Positions 43,553 through 55,200 of a stretch of DNA of 64,000 nt are shown here, one piece after another. How positions within the stretch are numbered: the stretch's first letter is position 1; each line of letters starts with the position of its first letter. This DNA comes from Naegleria gruberi. Its lineage: Eukaryota. The stretch lies in assembly GCA_000004985.1 (NCBI GenBank), contig GG738867.1. One strand, 5' to 3'. The translations under genes were made by a program, and so were the position numbers. Below the pieces are notes generated by a model. That model worked only from the letters and a program-made list of their open reading frames with translations, did no database searches and had not been told where the DNA came from.

Positions 43553-44826
43553 ATGGTTGAATCGCTCACTCAACAATTAAGCACATTGTCCATGTCAAGA
43601 GAACTCTTCCAATCCGACTTGACCTACTATGTCAATGAACCAAACTGGACTGCTATGGATGAACACGCCAAGACTGTGCCAGAGGAACTTACCAAGAGCT
43701 TTACCAAAACTGTACAATATTTAACAAGTAAATTTGAATCTCCACAAGAAAAGGCTCGTGCCATCTTTGCCTGGATTGGTTACAATGTAACCTATGATAA
43801 CAAGGTTGCTGAAACTGGTGATTTTAGCAAGTATGAAAGATTTAGAGAAGATCATAAGGATAAGTTTACTGAAGAGGAATGTAAGGAATACTCCAGCTAT
43901 GGTAAGGTTGTCTACTCTTTGAGAACTGGTGTCTGTGGTGGATTTTCCAACTTGTTCAAGGATATGTGTAAATGTGCAGGAATTGGTGATAGATGTGAAA
44001 TTGTTTCTGGTTTCACAAAGGGAGGAAATGGTGTCAATCCTGTTGAAGTAATGGCAGCGCTGAGGGTGGTTCTGCATCTTTCACTCCAAGACACTTCTAC
44101 ATGAGTCCGTATGAAAGGATTGCTTCTCACTTCCCAAAGAAGGATGAATTCCAATGTTTGCCAACTCCTGTTCCTGCCAATGTCATGGAAAAGAGAGCTC
44201 AAATAATTCTCAGTGGTTTCAAGTGGGGTCTCAGAACTGTCTCACATCCTGATGCTTATTTGATTTTGAAGGATTCCAACGTTGTTGAAATTACCCTCCA
44301 TATTGAAAAGACTGGTTTGCAATTCTATTCTCAATTGCTCGATAATGCCACAATGGCCGAAACAAAGGGAGTTACTGAAATTATTCAACATGGAAATACT
44401 GTTAAATTGACAGTTTGTGTTCCAGAAAAGGAAAAGGACTATAAGGTCTATATCTTTGCTCGTGAATCTGCCGATCAAAAATTTGAATACATGCTCGGTT
44501 ATGGTTTCAATGTTGATGCCAATGCCACGATGCAAGAAGTTTCCTTCCCAACCTATTATCCAGATATGGCTAATTATGGAGCTGAACTCATTTCACCAAA
44601 GCATGTCAAGATGCACGTTGGTCAAACCTACAATTTCAGAATTAAATTCCCATTCGAAGATTTGATGAGTGTCTTGATTCTTCCAGATAAGAAATTCAAG
44701 AGTTTGGGCTGTGGTGAATATGAACTTGATTTTACACCAACTGCTGCTGGTAAGGTATTGATGTATGCTTGTAAGAAGACTGAAACTCAAGCTAAGGGTC
44801 TTTTGCAAATGGTTGTTTTTGAATAA
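43553..44826 (+). CDS. Transglutaminase-like (KY/Cyk3 family) protein in two frame-discontinuous segments (43553..about 44040 and about 44065..44826); either a 23-32-nt micro-intron or a frameshift.
   Basis: The TGase-core motif is RTGVCGGFSNLFKDMCKCAGIGDRCEIVSGFTKGG. The downstream segment GGSASFTPRHFYMSPYERIAS... continues only in the +2 frame, overlapping the first ORF by 4 nt. The candidate splice GT(44033 or 44042)..AG(44064) is shorter than any other intron here. Confidence 0.55.
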
Positions 44827-44922
44827 ATTAACAATTGTTAAATATTGTAAATATTGATACTTTGAAAAGATTGTTCCAAGTTCAATGTGCCTTGTCAATT
44901 GTTTTCAACAAATCAAAAAAAA

Positions 44923-46086
44923 ATGCTCAGCTCATCCAGCAAATCCTCCTCATCGTCAGATCAGAGAATCATCTCATTTTCCATCAATAAGAAGGAAATT
45001 ATTGAAAAATTCCCACCATCCTTCTTTTCCAAAAACAAAGTCTTTCTCTATTCTCTACACTCTGATCAATTGGATTATGAAGGTGATTTAATTTATTCGA
45101 GATTTAAAGCAAGGACTCGACCAAAAGCCTATAAGAAGGAAGTTGCAGAAGATCAGGTGTGTGAGGTGATTGTTTCAAGTGATGGTTTCAAGTATGATGA
45201 AAAGTTGAAGGTTGGGGAGGAGAATGCCAAGCATTGGTATTTGAATTTTGCAGATGAGAGATTGTTTATTGCTTGGAAAGGTCAATTGTTTGCTCAGGAT
45301 GAGATTCAAGTTTGTGAACATCCAATTTTGGGAAGTTTGTGTGAATATTTGAGAAAGGAAAGTTTAAATGATGCAAGATATAGTCCAATAACTCAACAAA
45401 CATCTCCCACTCCAGTATTGATTCAGAATGTGGATAGAAGAATTGCAGTCAATGTTAAAGACTATAATATTTATGGAAATAACTTTGCCAAGGCATCTAC
45501 TGATATTATTGAACAAGCAACAACTGTTTTGGACATGAAAACGAATAGAAAATCAAATATTTTGGCAATTAGTGCACCTAGGTAGGTTTTGGATTTGAAT
45601 TTCTCATATTTGAAAATATAGAGGTGGACATGGAGAGTACAAATTGGGAGAAGTTAATTTCATATTCGATACTTTATATAGTGGATTTAAGGCATGTTGC
45701 ATGGATACTGAAATGTATGCCCAGGATCCAGAAAATCCACCAACTGTTGTCATTCACACAGGTAATTTTGGTTGTGGTGCCTTTGGTAACAATAGAGTAA
45801 GTATAATTGTTGAATAGAAATGGAAACTAATCTTTTCGAATAGGAATTGATAGCAATTCTTCAAATATTGGCAGCAAGAATGGCAGGTATCAAGTATCTA
45901 TATTATCATGCATTCAGTGAGGAAGGTGTAAAATCTGTCAAAAAGGCCATTAAGGTAATTGATGAAGAATTTGATTTGGTATGCAAAGATCCATCCGATA
46001 TAGAAGGTAATTTAGTTTCCCTTAATAAGCTTTTCGATATGATTTTACAAAAAGGATATAAATGGGGTTTTTCCGATGGAAATTAA
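44923..46086 (+). CDS. Poly(ADP-ribose) glycohydrolase (PARG)-like protein; join(44923..45581,45622..45796,45844..46086), about 358 aa.
   Basis: Exons 2 and 3 encode VVIHTGNFGCGAFGNNR|ELIAILQILAARMAGIKYLYYHAF, which matches the PARG signature ATGNWGCGAFGGD..LKALIQILAAA. The segment RGGHGEYKLGEVNF sits at the position of the GGG-x-QEE catalytic loop. The introns are GTAGGT..ATATAG (40 nt) and GTAAGT..CGAATAG (47 nt). Confidence 0.6.
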
Positions 46087-46151
46087 CTTTATTAAACAAT
46101 ATTCAATATTAATATTAACAATTTTAAAGATCTTTAAATATTAAAAAAAAA

Positions 46152-47645
46152 ATGAAAAGAAGTATTCAAGCACTTGACCATGAAGAAAATCCACAATCAA
46201 AATATGTAAAATTACTACACAATGATGATGCTCAACAATACCTCTTCTCCAATGATGTGCTCGGAATCATTTCATCCTTCCTTCCATTTCATGATGGAAC
46301 TTTAAATTGTCGTCTTGTTAATCATCAGTGGAAGGCTACATTTGAGAATGATTATCGATTCATGTTTATTCAAGCTGTAGAAAATCATCTACTCGCCAAT
46401 TTGAAAGGAAATGATGATTCGGAATTATTGGATTGTCAATACTTGATTTCTATAAAGTATTGGATCGGAGCAAGACAGCACTTGTTGAAATTGTTAAATG
46501 AAGATGTAAACAAGTGTAAACAAGAGGAATTGAAAAGATTGTGGACTAGGAAAGATGATGAATTTCCAAATATTAGGTTTTTGGCTTTTGATAGAACAAA
46601 CACTGAAGAATTTGCTGTTTTGATGATTAATTTAAATGTAAATACAAGGTTAAGGATGACAATAATGTATTCAGACTGTGAGGATTTTATAATCTATGTG
46701 GATGTTGTGGAGAATGGTCCATCAGTGTTTGATTGGAAGAACTTGTTGAACATTGATTCGAAAGTGGAGAGAAATGTAGTTTTGAAAGTGAATGCAACAT
46801 TATATGAGGATCCAACAGGGATTGCAGAACAGTGTGTGAACGATCCATTCTTTGATAATCTCTTTAAAATGTTGGATATTACTGAGCCAACGCCTTTTGA
46901 AGTTGAATCACCAACACCTTTTGGTGTTTTATTATGGAAATATGGATATGAAGAAAGAGTTATTTATGGAAATAACGATATGATTCAAAATGTTGAATTT
47001 GAGAGGAGGTGCGAAATTTATGAGGAGAGAGTGGATCCCTTAGTGAAACTAGTAAATTTGGATCAAATCAATGAGTTGAAAGTATTGGAATATGCTTGGA
47101 AAAAAGCCAATAGGATCTATACAAAAAAACGTGAGGAGAATTGCAATAATACTACATCAGATATTTCAGTTTCCAATGTAAATGGAAGACTTGTTATTGT
47201 GGATCTGTATAGAGCTCCGCGATTTGTTACAGAAATTTCATTTAATTTGAAATTTAAGGAAAGTGAATTTATCGTCAATTCCAATTTCGAGCTGGAATTT
47301 GAAAGTGAAATACATAGTCCATGCAGAGTTTCAATACTCAATTGCACCTCTGTACGCAATCCAGCACTAAGATATCAATTTCACGTTTTTCCAAACGAAA
47401 CTTCTTTAATATGGGTGGATAGTTGCCTATCACTGATGGGCGAAGAGAGTCCAATCGATTTGACTATTCCTCCAAATCCATTCGAAAATGACCAACAAGA
47501 TCTCCAATTGATATTTGAAAAGGTGTTGAGAATTGTTCCCAGATATTGCCTATTCAACAGTGATAAGAATCTATCCATTCCAGAATTATTGAAATTCTTT
47601 GTTGGAAATGAGAGTTTTATAACATCCCAAACATCCATCATTTAA
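46152..47645 (+). CDS. Hypothetical protein with an N-terminal F-box-like segment; single exon, 497 aa.
   Basis: There is an ATG at 46152. The N-terminal segment LFSNDVLGIISSFLPFHDGTLNCRLVNHQWKATFE is F-box-like. I recognise no other domain. Confidence 0.4.
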   Translation: MKRSIQALDHEENPQSKYVKLLHNDDAQQYLFSNDVLGIISSFLPFHDGTLNCRLVNHQWKATFENDYRFMFIQAVENHLLANLKGNDDSELLDCQYLISIKYWIGARQHLLKLLNEDVNKCKQEELKRLWTRKDDEFPNIRFLAFDRTNTEEFAVLMINLNVNTRLRMTIMYSDCEDFIIYVDVVENGPSVFDWKNLLNIDSKVERNVVLKVNATLYEDPTGIAEQCVNDPFFDNLFKMLDITEPTPFEVESPTPFGVLLWKYGYEERVIYGNNDMIQNVEFERRCEIYEERVDPLVKLVNLDQINELKVLEYAWKKANRIYTKKREENCNNTTSDISVSNVNGRLVIVDLYRAPRFVTEISFNLKFKESEFIVNSNFELEFESEIHSPCRVSILNCTSVRNPALRYQFHVFPNETSLIWVDSCLSLMGEESPIDLTIPPNPFENDQQDLQLIFEKVLRIVPRYCLFNSDKNLSIPELLKFFVGNESFITSQTSII

Positions 47646-47710
47646 TCATCACAAGCTATATATTTATTATTTGATTTCACAAGAGAGTTTTCATTCTCAA
47701 GCATAGAGAA

Positions 47711-48499
47711 TTATTTTTGATAAGAACCACCTTGGTATTGTTGTTGACCAGAAGTTCCAAATCCTTGTTGAGAGGATGGAATATTTGGAATATTAGATTG
47801 ACCAGGTGTTGTACCAGTTGTTGTGCTAGTCCAAGTTTGACCAACAGTTTGTTGACCAAATCCAATACCTCCAGGTTGTTGACTTCCTAATCCTTGTTGA
47901 CCAATACTACTTGGTTGCAATGGTTGTTGCTGGTTAAAACCTTGTTGACCAAAACCACCACCATATGATTGTTGACCTGTGCCAAATCCTTGTTGTCCAT
48001 AAGTTTGTCCAGTTAAGCCAGGTTGTTGACCAACACCATAACCATGTCCAATACTTGGCTGTTGTCCAGTCAATCCTTGTTGCTGTCCATACAAGCCTTG
48101 TTGCTTCTTTCCTGGAATATTTTGGATTTGTCCTCCAGATCTAAGGTAAAGGAATGAATTGACAAATTCCTCAATTCCAACTCTTCCATTTTGGTCCTTG
48201 TCAACCATTCTTCCAATCAGTTTACTCTTAACCTTGTCATAACCTAATGCTTGAACTGCTTTCTTGAATTCCTTCTTATCCAAGAATCCAGTACGATCAC
48301 GATCGTATTGGTAGAAAACTTGTTCTGCTTGATTAATGTAAGTTTCCTTATTTTGCAAAACCTCATTGGAAACTGTAAAGTTTTCTGGTTGCCATCTTGG
48401 AGTCTTTCCTCTGTACCAAAATCCTTGCAATTTTCCAAGAATACCTTGTTGTTGACCAGTTACTCCGGTTGGTTGAGTTTGAGAGAATGTAGAGTGCAT
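47711..48499 (-). CDS. EF-hand calcium-binding protein with a Gly/Gln-rich C-terminal tail; single exon, about 262 aa.
   Basis: There are two canonical EF loops, [13 protein letters not shown] and [13 protein letters not shown]. The tail has (G/Q)-rich repeats [10 protein letters not shown]...GFGQQ. The ATG (MHSTF) is at about 48499; the track start at 48505 is TTG. Confidence 0.7.
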   Translation of the reverse strand: MHSTFSQTQPTGVTGQQQGILGKLQGFWYRGKTPRWQPENFTVSNEVLQNKETYINQAEQVFYQYDRDRTGFLDKKEFKKAVQALGYDKVKSKLIGRMVDKDQNGRVGIEEFVNSFLYLRSGGQIQNIPGKKQQGLYGQQQGLTGQQPSIGHGYGVGQQPGLTGQTYGQQGFGTGQQSYGGGFGQQGFNQQQPLQPSSIGQQGLGSQQPGGIGFGQQTVGQTWTSTTTGTTPGQSNIPNIPSSQQGFGTSGQQQYQGGSYQK

Positions 48500-49601
48500 T
48501 TTCAATTAAATTGTTGTAAAATTGTTTTTTTGATTATTGGAGAAACAGAGAGCCAACTAGTGTGGAGATTTATAGGATTCAAAGGCACGATCCATTATTG
48601 GTAAATTCACATAAACAACCAATTAGGTTTGGATCTTGACTCAAAACAGCTTGGTTTTTGAATTTGTCTTTTACAATTTGGGAGTTTTTCTATAAATGTA
48701 ACATGAATATTAGATCAATAACCCATTCTTTGATAAGACTGTCTTATATTTCCAGGGTTTTGCAACAAACCGTGCTGTTGAATAGCTATTTCCTGAGGAA
48801 TTTCCACATTTCAGTTTCCATTTGTACGTACACGTGTTGGAGAACAAGATGTTATTCAAATGATTCATTCCCCTCAATGCTATCAAACGTCTCAACTTAT
48901 GGGCAATACACAGATTGAAAGATTTGGAATGATTATACAATTTCAAAACCTTGTTAAGATTTTCATCACTTCGTACTGGTCACAGGAAGGGACAGCAATT
49001 AAATTTGGATGCTAAAAAATTACCCCCAATTTTACGGTTTTTATTGAGGGGATTATCAATATTTTACTATTAATTTACAATATCTTTTATTAACCTTCTG
49101 TTTGGAATATTAAGCCGTAAGAAAGAAAGAAAATTATTCAAGTAAATTTTTAAATATCATAAAGCAATTTTCGTGTTTTTCCTTTAATTACAAATTTCTT
49201 TATTGCAAAGCACCTGTTAGTGGAAATTTCATCAACCAAGGCGATTCTAACAACAGAGAATGGAAATTCACCATTCTTGTTTCTTATCATCTTTTGTAAA
49301 CTTTGTTTCTAAGGTTATCATTTGACGGAGTTGCTTTGATTGCGTTTTCCAATTTAAAAAAAATCGTTTAGCTCCTCCATTCCCAAGCGGGCGTTTTGAT
49401 CCTTTGAAAAATCTTTGCGTTTTTTGTCTTCAAAACTCATCAACAAGACTTGTTGAATTATATCATCATCATTGTCATCATTATTCCAAAATAATAATAT
49501 ATTAGGTTTATAATCAAACTCTAATTTTTTACCACAACCCTCACTGCTGCTGATATTTATTTAATATCTTTCTCTATAGATACAAATTGTAATTTTAAAC
49601 G

Positions 49602-50252
49602 ATGCAACAACAAGAAGAAGGAACCAGTAGAGAAATTATTCTCACCTCTGATCTTGCTACTAATGAATCTATTATTCAATCTAAAATTCCATCGAAATTT
49701 ATATTTGCTTTTGGAGCAAGCAAGATCCTCCACTCTGCTCGTATTAGTTTATTAGATTCTGAACGTTTGTCCAACTTGAGATATTTAATCCTCTCCGATG
49801 AAGCTATCTATATCTTTGATGATCAAGATTTTGAACGTAGAATACCAAATGAACACATTTCTGAAATTGTCAAGTCTCGTGAACCAAGTGTTTCATCAAC
49901 TGAACAAAAATCACACAGAATTCTCATCCGTGTTCATCATTCTAATGAAGGATCAGATCTAATTATTATTTCTAAAGGTGCTACTGGTGTTTTGGAAGCT
50001 TTTGAAAAAGCCAAATATACATTCACACTGGTAGATCCTTCCGAAGATTTATTTTCTATGGCTAGATTTGTTTCTGACAATGCTCAACAACCATCAATTG
50101 ATTCTCTGAAACAACATTTGGATAAGGCCTTACAATCATCAGATTTAAAGAATACAATGCTCTATTTGGAAACTTTGAGAAGAAACAAACATGCTGATTG
50201 GGAAAATGATGAATTAATTTCAAAAGCTATTGAATTTGTAAAGAGTAAATAA
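49602..50252 (+). CDS. Hypothetical protein with a possible GRAM/PH-like domain; single exon, 216 aa.
   Basis: There is an ATG at 49602. The segment FIFAFGASKILHSARISLL...LILSDEAIYIFDD is weakly GRAM/PH-like. Confidence 0.35.
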   Translation: MQQQEEGTSREIILTSDLATNESIIQSKIPSKFIFAFGASKILHSARISLLDSERLSNLRYLILSDEAIYIFDDQDFERRIPNEHISEIVKSREPSVSSTEQKSHRILIRVHHSNEGSDLIIISKGATGVLEAFEKAKYTFTLVDPSEDLFSMARFVSDNAQQPSIDSLKQHLDKALQSSDLKNTMLYLETLRRNKHADWENDELISKAIEFVKSK

Positions 50253-50626
50253 TCAGGATAATTTTCAAAGCTGCAATTCTCCTCTTTTCCAATCTTCCAT
50301 AAATCGTTCATTAGTATTATTTTGAATAATACCAATTAGAGTTCTTGATCATGATGATCAACAACATTATTATTAATTATTTAAATAATTGATTATCATC
50401 GGATCATGAATTTTATCAAAAAAATAATCTCAAATTGTTATATTACTTGATCGTTATCTTCTTCCTGTACATATTTAAATATCAACAATCATCATCATTT
50501 TGATTATTATCTTTTTTGTATCATATATAAATTAACCTGTACAGAACATTGTAAATATAGAGTTGGAAATAATATTAAAATTTAAATAATACTATTTAAT
50601 CATCATATAATAATAACAAAAAGGAG

Positions 50627-51376
50627 ATGGCTGTTGTATCTAGTAAAAACTACCTCACCCTATATAATTCATTGGCAACATTGGAGTGGATTTATTTATT
50701 ACTTTTTAGAACTCTACAACCACTCATTCAACGACATTCTAGTAGATTAAAAGTAAACAAGCAGGCTGCTGATAGGATTGCTCTGAGGAAGCCTTCATTA
50801 TGGCAATTGAATGGAGGCTTTTTAAAGTACATTCAAACACAAGCCTTGTTGGAATCGGTTCATAGTTTCTTCGGAATTACTTCCTCACCAGTCAGGACAA
50901 CATTTGGCCAAACTTGTGGACGATTGTTTATTACACATTTGATAGGAGATGATTTACCAACGAATGATTTATTATCGGATTGTTTAATGACCACTTTACA
51001 ATTATCTTGGTCTGCTGCTGATATTGTTAGGTATTTGTTTTATTTGGGTCAATTGTGGAAATTAGATCAAACACATCCAAAAGTTGCTAGTATTTTAAAG
51101 TTTTTGAGATATAATGCCTTTTTAGTATTATATCCTGTGGGAATGTTATCGGAAGTTTCAATGGTTTTGAGAGTAGTTTTCACAAAATGGATTGATTTGG
51201 AGGCAATTCACCCAGAAAATCCAGAAAAGAAGAGAAGAAAACCAGTTGTGAAAAAGCCACCCTATCCTCTTGTGAAAAAGTTCATGATTGTATTCTTCTT
51301 CCTGTTTATTGTCTGTGTTGGATATCCAACAGTTTATTTACACATGTTATCACAGAGACGAAAGAGTATGAAATGA
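50627..51376 (+). CDS. Very-long-chain 3-hydroxyacyl-CoA dehydratase (PTPLA/HACD/Phs1 family); single exon, 249 aa.
   Basis: The conserved PTPLA blocks are TQALLESVHSFFGITSSPVRTTFGQTCGRLF and RYNAFLVLYPVGMLSEV. It is a multi-pass membrane protein with a Lys-rich C-terminal tail. Confidence 0.75.
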   Translation: MAVVSSKNYLTLYNSLATLEWIYLLLFRTLQPLIQRHSSRLKVNKQAADRIALRKPSLWQLNGGFLKYIQTQALLESVHSFFGITSSPVRTTFGQTCGRLFITHLIGDDLPTNDLLSDCLMTTLQLSWSAADIVRYLFYLGQLWKLDQTHPKVASILKFLRYNAFLVLYPVGMLSEVSMVLRVVFTKWIDLEAIHPENPEKKRRKPVVKKPPYPLVKKFMIVFFFLFIVCVGYPTVYLHMLSQRRKSMK

Positions 51377-51562
51377 ATTCATTAATGGTGGATATTATTT
51401 GAGAAGATTTGAAATCTTGGTGATTATCATATTTTGAGAGTGTTGTGAAATCAAAATGGTTCAAAGAAATTGAATTTCTTTTCAACAACGATCAGGACTA
51501 AATATTTCTCATAGTTCCATTTAAAAGAAATAGATATTTCATAATCCAATTTATCAAACTAT

Positions 51563-52489
51563 TTATTGCCCAATAAGGGATGGATAAATTGATCTTGGAT
51601 AACCACCCTCATTAAAAACATTAATAACATATCTATTTCCGTTAATTTTAACATCAGAAAGATTCTTCTTTCCACTTGGTTGTAAACTCTCCAAATAGGC
51701 CAGTGTGGAAAGTGCCAATAGGCACTCTGGAGAAATACCAACAAAAAAGCTTCCACAAGATTTGAATAATTGATTATCAGATTGACCATCTCCATCCACG
51801 TCTTCATCCTGTTTGAAACGAACACAGACATAATCAGGAGTTGACTCATTATCCAATCTTCCAGCAAATGAAATCACATCTTGACCTGTATGATTATCAG
51901 TCGAATCATCCAACAAGTATTTGAACCAATAGTGATAACCACTCACTTTATCACCATTCTTCTCACCTACAACAAGATGCTCAAATCCAGACAGGTCCTT
52001 ATAGTTGTGTAAGTTATATTGTTTGAACCAAATTTCTCTCAATTTCACTTTCAACTCTGTAGGTGTGGAAAGTTTCATATATTTCTGGCCCAGAATTCTC
52101 ATACACTTGGTTTGAACAATACTTTCAAGAAATTGCTCAACTTCCTTTCTCTCCTCCTCAGTATTCACCTCGCGACTATGTTGATCAAGTGAATAATTAT
52201 CAAATAATCTGGAAATTAATTTGTAATTCTTTGCCTGTTTGCTGTTAGATTGTAAAAATTCGGAATTCTTCACCTGAACATAGACATGCTTGGTGGCATC
52301 GTATTGGTACAATTTGAAGAGTGTAAAATTTGGATTGGATCTCTTACGATCCATTCCACACACAACACATATGTATTCTCCACCAATCGGACCTTGTGGT
52401 TTGATCTTGACTGGAGTGAGACGATTCTCATCCGCTTGCCAAATCTCATCCATTAACGTTGCAGAGAATTGATAGGAGTGTGAAGACAT
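51563..52489 (-). CDS. EndoU/XendoU-family poly(U)-specific endoribonuclease; single exon, 308 aa.
   Basis: The catalytic block is SGFEHLVVGEKNGDKVSGYHYWFKY, which matches the XendoU GFEHVF.GE...G.HNW motif. The downstream block is KSCGSFFVGISPECLLALSTLAYL. Confidence 0.8.
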   Translation of the reverse strand: MSSHSYQFSATLMDEIWQADENRLTPVKIKPQGPIGGEYICVVCGMDRKRSNPNFTLFKLYQYDATKHVYVQVKNSEFLQSNSKQAKNYKLISRLFDNYSLDQHSREVNTEEERKEVEQFLESIVQTKCMRILGQKYMKLSTPTELKVKLREIWFKQYNLHNYKDLSGFEHLVVGEKNGDKVSGYHYWFKYLLDDSTDNHTGQDVISFAGRLDNESTPDYVCVRFKQDEDVDGDGQSDNQLFKSCGSFFVGISPECLLALSTLAYLESLQPSGKKNLSDVKINGNRYVINVFNEGGYPRSIYPSLIGQ

Positions 52490-52602
52490 TTTTTTCTTAC
52501 TTGTTTGATGTGCTGATGTGGATGAATCATCAACGATTACAATAAAAGTTCATTCATACTTCAGTTTACTTGAAAAAATAATTTATCACAATAAATTAAC
52601 AC

Positions 52603-53903
52603 TTAATTGAGGGAAATCTTACTCTTAATTGCTACTTGATAGAGAATCTTTCTGTTATCGATATTATCTTCGTTGGAGAAGAGGGCATACTTCATCAAGA
52701 CAGCATTTCTATAATTACAAACAATGAATGTTACAAATACTTGTTCTCCATGAACAAATGCACGGCAACAGGTTTGAATGGCCTTGACATATCTGTGACT
52801 AGTTTGTTCTCCTCTCACATCTTCATTAAATGACAAGAGAGCATACTTGGTTCCTGATCCATTTTGAATAGTTTTCAAAAAATCATGATTGAGTTCATCA
52901 AATGCTGTATTTACATGTTCTGCATCTGTCTTCAAATAGGTAATGGAGAGTGAATTCTTAGTGAGTGGATCAATAAATGACAAGAGCATATCTCTATTTC
53001 TTGCAACTTCAATACTATCTGAATGAAGAACAAAGGATGTAGGAATACTTGGTTCAAAGAATGGTATTTTCAAATCTAAATTACAGAATGAAACACTTGT
53101 ATCATGCGCAGATGATAACAGAGTTCTAGATCTTGCAGTTCCACTAATTCTATGAGTAGTATCCCACTTGTATTCAATGTGAAGTACTCCTGATTTAACT
53201 CCTTGCAATTTCAATGTTTGTTTATATGATACATTGGCTGTTATTTCATCTGGAACAATTTCAAATCTAACTCTTCCTAAAAAGTCCTACATTATTTTCA
53301 CAAATCATTCAAATTCCAAATCAATGACAACATGAACATATTCTCACTTACATCCTTTGTAAATCTATTTCAATATTATAATAAATATTCAACCAAAATC
53401 ATTGTTAGCAACCTACCTATCCCAATCAAACACTTCAAACAATAATTTAAAAGTAGCAACATCTTCCGAACAAATAGAAAATCTAAAAGTTGAATTCCAA
53501 ACAGGATCCAAAGTAGCCATACATGTTTTAGTCTTTCTCATAATTCCACAATTATCTGAAGCATCATCTTCAATCACCATACAATATCTATATTTTCATT
53601 ATCATCATCAATACAATCATCATCATCATCATATACATAAATATATATAATAATTCATTCCGCCATCATCATCATCATCATGATTAATTTTTCATCACAT
53701 ACAAAATTCCGAACATTAAACTCAAACTCTACTTTATATATATAAACTTACGGATCACTACAATATTCTCTGACTAGTAACACTATTATTTACATAAACC
53801 AAAAAACCTACGATTTTCCATTAATATCAGAACTCTCCAATTTTTCTGCCTTTTCCACGAGTAGTATAATTTGATCACCTGGTTGAAAAGATGATGTTGC
53901 CAT
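52603..53903 (-). CDS. C2-domain protein of about 319 aa with a 13-nt micro-exon; complement(join(52603..53286,53352..53364,53417..53587,53812..53903)).
   Basis: Exon 1 is MATSSFQPGDQIILLVEKAEKLESSDINGK(S) and exon 2 is YCMVIEDDASDNCGIMRKTKTCMATLDPVWNSTFRFSI...LLFEVFDWD(R). The micro-exon ATTTACAAAGGAT encodes FTKD. Exon 4 is DFLGRVRFEIVPDE..., a C2 fold. The introns of 224, 52 and 65 nt all have GTAGGT or GTAAGT donors, and the phases are consistent. Confidence 0.6.
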
Positions 53904-54099
53904 ATTTTTTTTTTCTTCTAATTTGAAAGTTCTGGGAACTTGAAGTACAGAATTGGAAATTAAAAAGGTTGCATGGAATGGTGGCATGTTCAAGGTGACA
54001 TGTGGCACCCTCAATGATGGAATTCGAACAGGATTTTCAATAAGGTGCAATTGTGGAATGCGTTTTGGAGTATAGTGGAAGAATTTAAATTGAAAAAAA

Positions 54100-55200
54100 A
54101 TGAAACGAAACAAAACGAATTCAACCCGCAAACAGAAACTTCAACAACTGCAAGAGAATTATTATGGACAACATTTATTATTTATCACATCGGGGGATGT
54201 TTGGATAAACCATGTATTTCCTAGAATTGATTTATTAACCATTAGGTCTCTTTCGTTTGTTGATAAAACGTTTAGGCAATTTATATCGGAAAGTATTGAT
54301 CAATATTTTTGGAAAATGAGATTACAATTATTTCCACAAGAAGTGGGAGGGAAATTGAGCGATGGTGATCAGTACATTTCGAATTGTTTCTTTAAAAACT
54401 ATTCGATTGAAAAAAAATTAGAAAATGAAACGTTTCAGAATTTTACATTCAAAGTTATGAGAAATTACTTGATGGAACAAAAAAAGAATCAAAGAATTTA
54501 TGTTCAAAAATCAACATTAAGATTGGCAAAAAAGGTTTTGAAATCATTGCCCAATATGAAATTCACATTATTGGCAGATTCTGATAATTTCACTTTTGCT
54601 AAATTATTACTGACATGTTTATCTACGGGAGAATTCGTTTCAGATTCCTCTCAATTAATCCAATATCTCTACAGAGATTCATTTAAAATTTTATCAGATT
54701 CGAAAGCTAAATCAGTGGAAATTCCATCTTTGGAGATTCGTTTGGATAGTTTGGAAAATAGTAATGAAGAATTAAAGGTCTCTCCTGTGGAATACACATT
54801 TGATGGGTCGTGCTTTGTGGTGCTTTTCAATAGATTGGATAGAGAAAATTTTACATCTGCCACCAATAATGCATTGAGATATGTCAGAAATCATTCATTT
54901 AATGAAAAGCCAATTATTCTAATAGGATTTAATTGGTGCAGATTCTTTCTAAATTATTCCTATATGAAAACACATTTCATGCACCAAAGAGTTTTGAAAC
55001 ATTCAAAAGATTTTGTGTCAAATGATGAAATTCTTTCATTTTGTCAAAAACATTCAAATGTCATTGGATACATTGATGCCAAGCCATCCAAAGAACGAGA
55101 TATTTCAGATATTTTGATGAAACTTGTGTCATTGAGCATGCTCTCCAAAAGAATCAATTGTCTTTCAGATTTGGAAACTAGCTCATTATGTCTTTATTAA
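54100..55200 (+). CDS. Hypothetical protein with an F-box-like N-terminus; single exon, 366 aa.
   Basis: There is an ATG at 54100. The segment WINHVFPRIDLLTIRSLSFVDKTFRQFISESIDQYFW is F-box-like. Confidence 0.35.
   Translation: MKRNKTNSTRKQKLQQLQENYYGQHLLFITSGDVWINHVFPRIDLLTIRSLSFVDKTFRQFISESIDQYFWKMRLQLFPQEVGGKLSDGDQYISNCFFKNYSIEKKLENETFQNFTFKVMRNYLMEQKKNQRIYVQKSTLRLAKKVLKSLPNMKFTLLADSDNFTFAKLLLTCLSTGEFVSDSSQLIQYLYRDSFKILSDSKAKSVEIPSLEIRLDSLENSNEELKVSPVEYTFDGSCFVVLFNRLDRENFTSATNNALRYVRNHSFNEKPIILIGFNWCRFFLNYSYMKTHFMHQRVLKHSKDFVSNDEILSFCQKHSNVIGYIDAKPSKERDISDILMKLVSLSMLSKRINCLSDLETSSLCLY

Noticed and set aside
53402-53650. The plus-strand ORF 53402..53650 with a His-rich tail (YHHQYNHHHHHIHKYI).
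   Set aside because: It is antisense to the C2-gene exon 2 and intron and is encoded by simple ATCATC repeats. This is a low-complexity artefact.
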